A DNA stretch of 64,000 nucleotides, taken from assembly GCF_009914755.1 (NCBI RefSeq), contig NC_060929.1. One strand, written 5' to 3'. Each line of letters starts with the position of its first letter. The stretch's first letter is position 1. Of the stretch, positions 53,404 to 64,000 are shown one piece after another. Source of the stretch: the human T2T-CHM13v2.0 reference genome, Homo sapiens. Made by a program: the position numbers and the translations under genes. The notes beneath the pieces were generated by a model. The model worked only from the letters and a program-made list of their open reading frames with translations. It made no database searches and was not told the origin of the DNA.

Positions 53404-54432
53404 TCCTAGGGACAACAACATCCTAAAAGCCATGAGTAAACTAAGTGTCTAGATCTTGGTTTCTAAATATCACTTTTTACTAAAAAGAGACAGTATGCCT
53501 CAGAGAAAAGGCCATATTTTCCAGGACATCTTGATGTATCAGAAAGTAAGAAAGTGCTGAAAGAATAAAGGGACTTGGAACTTGTCAAAATAACACTGAC
53601 GCAATTCCAAGAGGTTCCTTTTGGCCAAATTTCTGACAATTTGAGTACAAAAATAAATGATGATAGCAATAGATTATAAAACATGGGATAAAATAATAAA
53701 CTATGAGTCTATGTTGATCAAATTACTAGGCATGAATAAATTAAAAATTTGATAACAAATAGGATATTCACATAGTCTCAAATTACTTTCCCACAAATAC
53801 TTGTTAATTACACAGAAAAAAAATAATACTTTACAATGGAGAACCTTGGCAAACACCACCTTAACAAAGTTAACATCATTAGTATTGGTACAAAATGAAA
53901 TTGTGTGCCATTTTATAGTAATCAGTGAGAAGAGCACAGATCATTTCTCTAGCATTCCTACAAAAGTATACAGCTATCATGAAGGAAAATCAGAACAATC
54001 TAAATTGAAGGAAATTCTCCAGAATAATTGGCTTGTAATCATCAAGTTTCAAGGTCCTGAAAGTCAAGGGATTCTATGAGTAACTTGTCCTAGTTGAAGG
54101 AGACTAACCAAACACGATAACTGACTCCAAAATGGAACTTTGGTTCTAAAGGAAATTATTTGAGTACTTTGTGAAAGTTGACTGAGTTCTGAGAGACGAA
54201 ATGACTTTAAGTTGCTGATTTTGATGGTTGAATTTTAATTATGTAGAGGAATGCCCTTGTTTAGGAAAAAAAATGCATTGAATTATTTAGAGGTGATGGT
54301 ATATCCTGTCATCAATGTGTGCACCCAAATGTTTCCTGAAAAAAAAATTACATGTACTATACTTGGAAGCTTCCTAGAAGTTTGAGATTGTTTCAAAATA
54401 AAAAATTAATCAATTAATTAAAAAAGACAAAA
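53404..54432 (+). mobile_element. L1MC-type 3' end inserted into the L2
   Basis: TAGATCTTGGTTTCTAAATA..., TTTACAATGGAGAACCTTGGCAAACACCACCTTAAC and GTTTGAGATTGTTTCAAAATAAAAA tail; flanking AA(A/G)GCCAGTGT repeat. Confidence 0.7.
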
Positions 54433-54574
54433 AAGGCCAGTGTGGCTAGAAACCTTGGACTTCAGTTTCCACATTGGGACAATAAAGAAGGGAGCTGAAA
54501 TCCATGAATCTCAGATCCAGTTGTACTGTAGTGTGCTAACTAGTCCCCAGGAATGATATACAAAGGGGAAAAAA

Positions 54575-55042
54575 TGTGCATTACTTTTCTATTGCTATGT
54601 AACAAAATACCCCAAATTTGGTAGGCCAGAAGTTTGGGATGGCCTGAGTTTTCTGGTGAAGGCTGAAATCAAGTTGTCGGCTTGAAGCCCCCACCTTCTT
54701 GCTGGCTGTCATCTGGGGACAGCTCTCAGCTCCTAGGGATTCTCCTCAGGTCCTTCCCTTATAGCCCCCTCTATCCCAGCAACAGAGAGCCTTCCTTACA
54801 TCAAATCTCTCTCTCAGAGATTTGAATTTTCTCTTTCTCATCTGTTACTGTCTGCAGTAACTCTCTGCTTTTAAGGGCCTTGTATGATTAGGTTAGGCCA
54901 GCTAGATAATTTTTCCATCTTAATGGATTAGTAACCTTGATTATGTCTGCAATATCCCTTTTGCCATATTATATAACAGAATCATAGGAGGAACAGCAGT
55001 GGAAAATATTGTGGGGGCCCTCACAGAATTCTGCCTACGACA
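54575..55042 (-). mobile_element. MaLR MLT1 solo LTR
   Basis: TGTGCATTACTTTTCTATTGCTATGTAACAAAATACCCCAAA...GGGGGCCCTCACAGAATTCTGCCTACGACA. Confidence 0.65.
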
Positions 55043-55699
55043 AAATAGTTGAGAAAAATGAATTTGGGTCTGTTATCAATCAATATAGGTACAGAAAAAA
55101 AGAGTATACAACTCTGCTTCTCTGATTCATGAATTGAGGGTTGGGGAATTCTAGACTGTGGTCTCTGAGACATCGTCAGCAGTGAAGTTCTTTGATTTGT
55201 CTTTATTAGGCTGTAAGAGCAGGCACAGACTGTTTCTGATTTACTGTTGCATTGCTAGCACTTAGCCCAATGCCTCGAACCTAGTGGATGCTCCAAAATG
55301 AGGGTATAAAGAATAAATAATAAGTGAATAATTATATATAGCAACCAAAAATTTGTTTTCTTGTTTGACTAATCAAAATTTTCAATGCTGATCCCTCAGT
55401 GAATTATTCTTCCCAAATAGCCAGGTTAAGAAGAAATCTGACAGTTAATTTCCAGTTCCATTTTGATAGATAAGATTTGTGTGTATATAGAATTCTGGAG
55501 GGATTTTTTTTAAGTAAATGTAATTTGCCAAGACTTGGAACATATCCATTTATCAATAGAAGAGGAAAATACATTGAGCATGAAAGGATCTTATGATGCT
55601 ATATTGTTCCAATTAACAGATATAATAATGAAAGCTTGAAACATTCCTATACGAGGGTATAGGAGGAAATCATTTTAAAGATTATTTTGGAAATAGCTT

Positions 55700-56490
55700 T
55701 ATTGCTTTTTAATATTATGAAATGTGAATATGCTTAAGATAAAATATTGGAAAATAAAGAAGGTATAAAGAAAATAAAGATAATTTGTTATCTACAAGTC
55801 AAAGATAATCGTTCTCAATATTTTGATAGATATCCTTTCACACATTTTCCTCTGCACCTATGGGTGTCAACACACCAGCATATACACATGCAGTTCTATA
55901 TAGATAATGCAGTTCTATATAGATAGTTTGCTCTTTTCATTTAAAAATATATCAAGATATATTTTCATGATAATAAACATGATCATTTTTAATAGCAACA
56001 AGATATTTTATTTTATAGTTGTCATATTTTATTTAGCCAATCCTTCCTGATATACTACTAAATAATTACCAATTTTTCTAGCAGTATACATATAACTTCA
56101 ATGAACATTCTTGTACATCAATCTCTGAACTTTGGCTTAATTATTTCTGTAAAATAAATATCTAAAAGTACTATTGATAAGTCAAAGGGTATGCGAATCT
56201 TGATATTTTCAGATTGCCCTCAGAAATGTTTAACCACATAAGTAGATTATGAAGTACCTGTTTACCCTTGCCAACAATAGATATTATCAACTAAATGTTT
56301 AATGTTTGACACATGAAAATGATATATTGTTTTAATTTGTATTTCTTTTTATATAGTATTTTACATCTTTATTTCTCTTTTGAGTTTTAAAAAATATTTT
56401 AAGGTGAGGTTTTTAAATAGCTCTTAGACATTATTTTTTCTTATTAATTTGCCGGAAACTATAGTTTTACCATTTTAAAATATTTGTCAT
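55700..56490 (-). mobile_element. Ancient L1ME relic
   Basis: TTTATTTAGCCAATCC...ATGAACATTCTTGTACAT...GTCAAAGGGTATG...AGATTGCCCTCAGAAA (antisense ORF2 end and 3'UTR). Confidence 0.55.
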
Positions 56491-56517
56491 TTTCTACATC
56501 ATTTTCAAGTGCATCAG

Positions 56518-56950
56518 TGTGGTGGGCAACCTCTAAAATGGCGCCCAAGGGATCTTAAGCACCTGATATTCACAACCTTCTGTAGTCTCCTGCCCTTGAG
56601 TATCAGCCAGTCCTGTGATTTGCTTCTTTGTACAGCCAGCATAATATGGAAAAGGGAATGGAATGTTGCTTCCGTGATTAGATTATAAAGTCTCATGACT
56701 TCTATCTTGTTAGCAGATTCTCTTTGTTGCCTTCTTAGTTTGCCTGCTCTGATGAAACAACTTGCCATGTTGGAGAGACCCTCCTGGCAAGGAACTGAAG
56801 ATAGCCTCTGGCCAAGAGCCAGCAAGGAATGGTCAACAGCCCATGAGGAAATGATTTCTACCAACAGCCATGTGGTCATATAAGTGGATCCTTCCCCAGT
56901 TGTGTCTTCAGATGAGACCCTAGGTCTGGCTAACACCTTGATTACAACCA
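56518..56950 (+). mobile_element. MaLR MLT1E/F-type LTR
   Basis: TGTGGTGGGCAACCTCTAAAATGGCGCCCAAGG...TGGCAAGGAACTGA...CCAACAGCCATGTG...TCAGATGAGACC...GCTAACACCTTGATTACA. Confidence 0.75.
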
Positions 56951-59659
56951 TTGCCATACTCATTCTTGCCACACCAATTCCATTCTTGCCATACCCCTTC
57001 TATTATTCCAATATCTCCAATGTTTACAATGTAAAGTTTCCGATGTACAGAAATGTGACTCTACCTTTTATTTTATAGTATATGGATTAAATATTTATGC
57101 TGAAATTTCATATTATGAGTTATTATATATTGTATGGCAATTGGGTGATTTTAGTGTAACCAAATGGAAATTTGGTCTTACATCTGTTTATTTTTGACAA
57201 AGAAAGATGATAAAAGCTCTTGTAGATGAGCTGTAAGTTTCTTAGTCTGATAGGGTGTTGGAAGAAGAATAAATAATTATATTTACTTAGCATCTTCTGT
57301 AATGAGATTTTGATTGCCTTATTACCTGATGTATTTGACGTATTTGTGTCTTGTTTTTGTTAAAGAACTTATTGGATATACACTCAACATTTTATTCTTC
57401 AACTAGCACTGAGGTTTTTAAGGACACTCCTGTTTTGATTTCATGATAAACATTGGAAATTTTATAACTATTTATTTGCATGTACTTGTATTTATATATG
57501 TTTGAGAATATGCTTACTATGTGTCCTGACTCATCTAGATTCTGTTAAAAATAAAAGATAAATATCTTACTTTTTAATTCCGGCATGCATAATTCCCCTG
57601 GGAAATGTTCCCTGGGAGGGCTGGGAATTATATAAAGGCACCCCCATTTTGTCTTGAGACGATTTGAGAGCACCTCAGTTTCCTTGCCTAGAATGACAGC
57701 AGTTGTCTCTCAGCAGTTCTGTATTAATGTGGGTGAAAGTAGTTAAAGATTTAAGCCATTTTATGAACATAAGGGAATTATCCATGAATGTCTTATTTGG
57801 CCCTCTGCTTATAAGGCATTGTGAGGGACCTAGAAATTGTAATTTAGGGAAAAAGGAGAAAGCCTCTCTTGCTTCCCACATTACCTTCACCTCCTTTACT
57901 CCTTGACTCCTGCCTTCACCACATTAAATATAACCTCAAGAGATTCCTTTGAGAAAAGGAGAGTAACGTTATTTTCTTTTCATTTAAATGTCCTTTATTC
58001 CAAGAGATAGAGCTAAAATTTAATAACAACTAATTGGGATTTTATTCCTACATTCACTAAGTGTAAGTTTCCACATTTTCACAAAATATTGAATTCAGTA
58101 GTGAACAAAACAAAACAGATTCATGGTTTTATCTACCATATACTTAGCTATTTCTATTTTATTCTCACATAAAGGAGGTTGACAACACAGGAATTTTAAA
58201 GCTGAAAGTTAGTGGTGGACTGAAGTGGGTAAGGGGGAGAACACAAAATAAATAGATGGATGCAGAAGAGGAAATAGATCACCTCATTTGCAGTTGTACC
58301 CTAATCAAGCCACTTTTGAGTAACCACACATTTTGTTCTAAACAAAAGAGATTATTTGCTTCCCTTCTGGCCCAAAGTCAGATTCTTCTTCCTAGTATGA
58401 ACTTTCAGCACTTTATTTTGATTAGTTAAGAGAAGTCCAAAAATCCATGCTAAATATCAAGATAATTCTTAGCCTTGGCAATTCAAAACAATTAAAACTT
58501 ACGATGTTTCCTATGGAGGAGTTAAGAAATTAATCTACTTTTCCTAAGTACAGGGAAAAAAACCTGTCTTCAATGCAAACTTCAACAGAATCTACATCTC
58601 AGGAAGAAGATGGGGACTGAACCACTTAGAGCATCTCCAGTCCTCATTACAGAACACTGTAGTAGTAAGATGATAATTTAACATAAGAAAACTGCCTTCC
58701 TGGATTTTCCTTGAGAAGTGATTAATATGTAAGAGTGGACAACTCAGGGTTTCACTTCTACCTTCTCCATTTGATGACTCTCAGAATGACCAGATATACC
58801 ATGCACGGTGATGGAGAACAAGAACCATAGTTTGAAATCAGAACAATGGGATTCCACCCGGCACTGGTACCTATTAAATCTCTTCGAATCTCAGTTTTCT
58901 CATTAGTAACAATCTCAGCAGGATTGTTTTGAAATTCATTGATAAAAAGTATGAAAAGAGTTGCTGTATACATTACCTTTGTGATTTTTGTTGTGTCATG
59001 TGTGTAAATTCCAGAATATTCTAAGAGAAGCAGCATGATTTAGTTATTCAAACACAGATGCTGTGACAGAAATTTAACTCTGCCACTCATAAGCAGCATG
59101 AAGAATTTAAATGTTCATTCCATTCCTTCAGGGTACATCCAAAGATATGCCTACACAAGGGATCCCTGGAAAGCATTTTTCAATTGACATAAAATTTTTA
59201 AAAACACTTTGAAGTTCATCATGCAAATTTTAAATATTAAAAGAATTCAACTAAAATATATTTTTCTAAAAATATATTTTCTTTCATCTACCACACAGAA
59301 AAACACCAGCCAGTCTTGTTATATAAATGACATCCTTTTAATTAATATGAGTTTTAAGAGAAGCCAACCCTTGAATTATTCTTGTTGAATTAAGTTGCCA
59401 TGTCCCTTGCAGTCAACAGAAAGTGACTGCAAAAAAAGGTGAAGTTTGAGATAATATTACTATCTGTTGCTGAAAAGATGTGAGGCAGTGGGATGAAAGG
59501 AAGAGGGAATCATAGCCACTTCTCTAGTTCCCATAAGGATATATTGTGATCATTAGGCTTCTCTGACATATTCAGTGGATGAACTTGAGTGCCCTCTTTC
59601 ATGATCTATGATAGCCAACATATATTTGGAGTGATGGGAGTGTGTAGGCAATAGATTTT

Positions 59660-59900
59660 TAGCATAGAGATGAAAAGTATGAATTTTAGCTTCAAAAAGA
59701 CCTGTATTTGAATCTTAGTCATTCTGGTTCCTGGCTGTGGGATCTTAAGAAAATTATTAAATTTCTGTAAGAATCATCTTCTTCATATGAGATGGAGCAA
59801 TAATCATAACAATTGTTTCCAGAGTTGTAAGAATTAAATGGAATAATATAAATAGAACACTAAATCTTGTACTTTATGAGAGCTCAATAAATAGGAACTC
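59660..59900 (+). mobile_element. MIR
   Basis: AGACCTGTATTTGAATCTTAG...GCTGTGGGATCTTAAG...AGAGTTGTAAGAATTAAATG...GCTCAATAAAT. Confidence 0.6.
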
Positions 59901-62900
59901 TACATATATTGCTATTTTCCATGTGCTCTTAAATTATGTATAAAAATTGAGATGTAGTCATATATTTTAATGATATTCCTAAGTTTCTGAGCCCATTCAT
60001 CCTCATATTCAATACACATATATTTCTCATTTTATAGCGTCATTTTTCTTATACTTTCTTTTGTAATATAGATGTAGTCCTGATAAACTAAATCAATATT
60101 TTGTAAACCAAATTATATTTGGTGATGAGGGGTAAGTATTACATTAGAGAAACATATTCTGTTAAAGGAATAATTTTCAAATGTATTAAAATGCATATTC
60201 TTTTGAAAATCTGATGATAGCTATGTATCTGTTTTCTACCCAAACGCACAAATCCTTACATGAACCAAACTTCATATATAATTAAAGGGACATATGGACC
60301 TTCCCTACAATTTTTAAGAAATTTTTAATGAAGTGGCTAAGCATTTGAGCCAATAGTTCAACCATTATTTACCTGTATAAAGTCAAATGTATGTATGGTA
60401 ACTTTTAATGAAGTACCTTACATTAACTTTAATGTTTAATTCCATCTGAAAGATTTCATATGTCACAATGTTTGCTAATAAAATTATTTTTAGCCTAGGT
60501 TTATGAACTATGCTGTACCTAGCAGTTTCATATCCAGCAAATAAACTGTCACCAGAGAACCATAAATATTAGTGTCAGGTGGAAATATCAAATTACACAA
60601 TCTGATTAATTACTTTTCTTTTATGTTTCTTCTGCACCAAAGAGCCAGAAAACATTTTTTTTCTAGAACAGTTCTTTTAAAACTCTATATTTTCGGTAAA
60701 CATCTTTTAGAAATTTCTATAAGGTACTTATTCTCCCAGCATATCAAGATGTAACAGGCATTTGAATCTTAAAATGAGTCAGCAAGTTGGTAAGTTTACA
60801 ACTAAACACTCAGCTTCACTCCAACACTTGATATTGTATTAAAGTTAATGCAACATGGTGTTTTAGTATTAAAAAATCAAATTATTAATAGACTCCAAAG
60901 ACTTCCCTGCAGCAAAATTTGGTATTTCTTTTAATAAGAATAAATCCCAGTGACACCTTCTGAATCTGAATTTAAAGATTGGTTTCAGAAGATATGAGAT
61001 CTTAAGGAAATGTAGTTTAGTTATTAGATAATCTTTAATATTTCATTTATGAAGTTGAACATTTACCGGGGATAACCTAAGTTACCATCTCATTTGCAAT
61101 TTGATCTCCATTATGTCTCCAAAATTCAACTAAGGGAGCCCAATTGTTGGCTTCACCTTTTTTTTTTAACTATGAGATTTTGATAATCCATTATCTGTGA
61201 TACCTTATTGCAAGATTTACCTTCATTTGTTTGCTTTAATGTCATTAGGTAAATCAAGAGGCACATAAAAGCAGTTCCCATCATGGTGCTGAGAAACAAC
61301 CTACACTGGCAGTTGGTTGGGTTGTTTATCTGGTGCATCTGACATGTGTAAAATGACAGCAGGATCACTCAGGAAATTCAATATACCCACACACAGAAGC
61401 CAAATATGTCAGCTTATTTTGGGAACCACTCTATCATGTAGATGCATTTGTTCTTGGAGCAGCCTCAGAAAGCCTCTTCTTTATCCAACTGTCTCTTGAT
61501 TAAAGAAGCAGCCAATGTATGCTACATAAAGAATGGTTTTTCTCTGGAAAAGTTGTCTTATAGTCAATATTTTTCTTATTGCAAGGAAGATATTTTATTG
61601 CTAAATATTTGTTAATTGTCTGTTTTGGTAGCACAGAATAAGAGATGGTTCCTGGAAGGCTGGTCATAGTCATCTGATAAATCACAAATAGTTAGTAAAT
61701 CCTTGTAATGATGTATATGACATTTTTATCATATAAACGATATGCTTCTGAAGCAGGATGTATGGCAATGTATCTGCTGTTTGTTTAAAATGTTAGATTT
61801 TTATTCTTTATACTTGTAGTATAGTTCACCAAAAATTATTTAGCAACTAAAATTTAAAAATTAATTCAAATGCTATTGTGTTTTTATTAGAACATTTTGA
61901 TAAAAGCAAATAATACTATATTAATTGTGACTAAAAATTAAGAATGATATTTGTTAGGGCACTAAACCAGGCTTTTCCTCTTTCATTCCCTTGAATTATT
62001 TTCTTTACTTTACCTATAATTTCTACCCTATCTTGGGATTTGCTATTCGTATAGCTTCTCTTGCTAATTCTATCCAGAATAGCCAAAATAATACTTTATA
62101 AACGATAAGTGACAAATATGATATATTGAAAGTATGCAAGTACCTCTGTCTTATTAGTTTCTGGGACTTGACACTACTGAATTGCTTTTAGATTCAGCAA
62201 GGATTTCACAAAACTCACAGAAAAATAAAATCATCATCAACATCTTGCAAGGACAAGCAATGCTTCACTGATTGAGATGTGTGGCAGATTTGGAGCATTT
62301 TTTCTCTGTGTGATATAGATTTAATGTTTCTAATTAAAACCAAGAACTGTGACAAAACTGTTTGCCTTTTTGAGCTTGTCTACTGAAAAAAATATTTTTT
62401 TCTTGTTTCTAACCTGCCATACATTAAACCTCTCCAAGATCAAATTGTTCTTTCCTTACATTGCAGTTAACAATTCATTTTCTCCCCAAAATTAAAACTA
62501 CAAATACAACATTTCTCTATGCTTTCTAGTTGTTTGAGATAAACTTAATTTTGAACAGTATCCATATGTTTTTTATGAGGCAAATGCTGTTGAGTTTTGA
62601 AATGGGCAGTTTCTAGGAGGAATCGTTTCTCCACCATTTTTGGCATTAACCACACTGATAGCGCATGATGATTAATACTTCTAGAATGGCGACACATTCC
62701 CTGCATTGAATAAGTACAGATGGTGCTGATTGTTTTTCCTACTTGTCATTGACTTTTAACTCACATTCACATTGAGTCCCAAAGTGTTATCCTCTTGGTG
62801 AAGAATAACGATGATGTGACCTCCAGATTAAAGATGTGACTTGTCAGTCGTTTTCAGACTCTGGCATTCGGAGTTGAGAACTCTTTTCCTGCTGCTCGGT

Positions 62901-63063
62901 GGCCTGCTATTAGCACTTTGTAAAGGCAAGATATCTACCTTTATTGCATCCCTGTTCTCTCTAGTCTCTACCTCAACTCTGAATCTCCAATCTCTCCTTC
63001 CTTGTTCTACGGGCTTCAGGAAGGGTTCCAGAAACCTCTTAAATTCCTTTTCATTTGTGCAAA

Positions 63064-63096
63064 CACCACACACATGCACACACACACACACACACA
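63064..63096. repeat. (CA)n microsatellite
   Basis: Visible run. Confidence 0.9.
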
Positions 63097-64000
63097 TATT
63101 CAGTGCTTAGTGGAGTGCCCGATACAAACTATTAATAAAGTTCGGTAAATTGCTGATAAAATAAAAGAATAACCAATGAAATTAATTACATTGAAATATG
63201 AAGAAAGGTTCCAGTGAATTTTGGAGTTGGATGAAAACGTTTGTTTTGTTGCTGATTCTATGAAGGTAAATATAAAGAAAGATTCATTATTTAAGGGAAT
63301 AGAGAGATTAATGTGGATACCATTTATAAGTTAAATGCATTAATAGACATTAACATTTCAAAATAATTCCTAAGCTACAACTACAAGGTGATTGGTAATT
63401 TTCTGAAAGTAATGTAATTATTACATTGTGAAAATAAATTATATATATAAAACTAGTTAGTGTTTATTAAGTTTAAAGTTTTGTCTACGAAACTGATTCT
63501 GAAATTATTTTTCAGATTAAAATCTTAACTGTTCTCCTCACCCTTTCTTTAACTTTTTATTTTCCTTACTGGTACATTATACCTCATTAAGAAAGAATAG
63601 AAATAAAGAAAGAGAGAAACAACTGTAATTGTTGCAAAGTAAATTAATCTTATTGAATATTTTTCTAGTCTAGATAATATCAAAAAGATGTAAAACATGT
63701 ATATATGTCAACACCTTATATTAGTAAGATATGATCATTATTATTTCTATGGTTGAGAAATGTATGTGAATTACATACAAATTGTATGCAAATATATACC
63801 TGCATTGGATAGTGTTAGAGCTCCCATACATATTTCACCCTTCCCCACTATGTAGTAGCCCTGGAATTTGAGTGGGATTGATCCCACTGACAGCTCTAAG
63901 GGTGAGTTCTGATGGATCCTTTCTCATTGTCACAGTGATTGGTTTGGGGTGGGCATATCTTTCATATGGAAGCCAGTCAACATGTCCTCAGTCGTAGTGA

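Noticed and set aside
56514-56972. 152-aa minus-strand ORF
   Set aside because: It lies almost entirely in an MLT1 LTR, has no protein motifs, and an ORF of this length is plausible by chance.
62828-63110. Opposed 89-aa ORFs and a possible exon (ttttcAG at 62857)
   Set aside because: No recognisable homology or canonical GT donor, and the ends are microsatellite-derived; cannot be supported from sequence alone.

Overview
AT-rich, repeat-dense hominid (most likely human, 5q23) genomic DNA. It holds one protein-coding gene, CTXN3 (cortexin-3): an 81-aa single-pass membrane protein with CDS 23315-23560 in the last exon, non-coding exons at about 14870-15181 (1a), about 18820-18984 (1b) and 19110-19216, and a poly(A) signal at 24403. 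The rest is intergenic or intronic. It includes a nearly full-length but dead HERV-L provirus (MLT2A LTRs, gag-pro-RT-RNaseH-IN-dUTPase, 39778-46306), a 5'-inverted (twin-primed) old L1 carrying a nested young L1PA, seven Alus, MaLR/ERVL solo LTRs, hAT MITEs, MIR/L2/L3 relics and microsatellites. The other ORFs in the track are repeat-derived or noise. I found no convincing new multi-gene system. The observations most worth a second look are: (1) a splice-assembled, strong-Kozak uORF in frame with CTXN3 behind TGA-TGA, within a chain of TGATG stop/start uORFs; (2) a 40-nt MER4-LTR snippet apparently retroposed by L1, with tail and TSD; (3) a template-switch-born pre-miRNA-like hairpin upstream of exon 1b; (4) a TSD-flanked templated copy of the CTXN3 exon-3 splice acceptor placed 1.5 kb downstream. 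Repeat family names come from recalled consensus sequences, not a database run.
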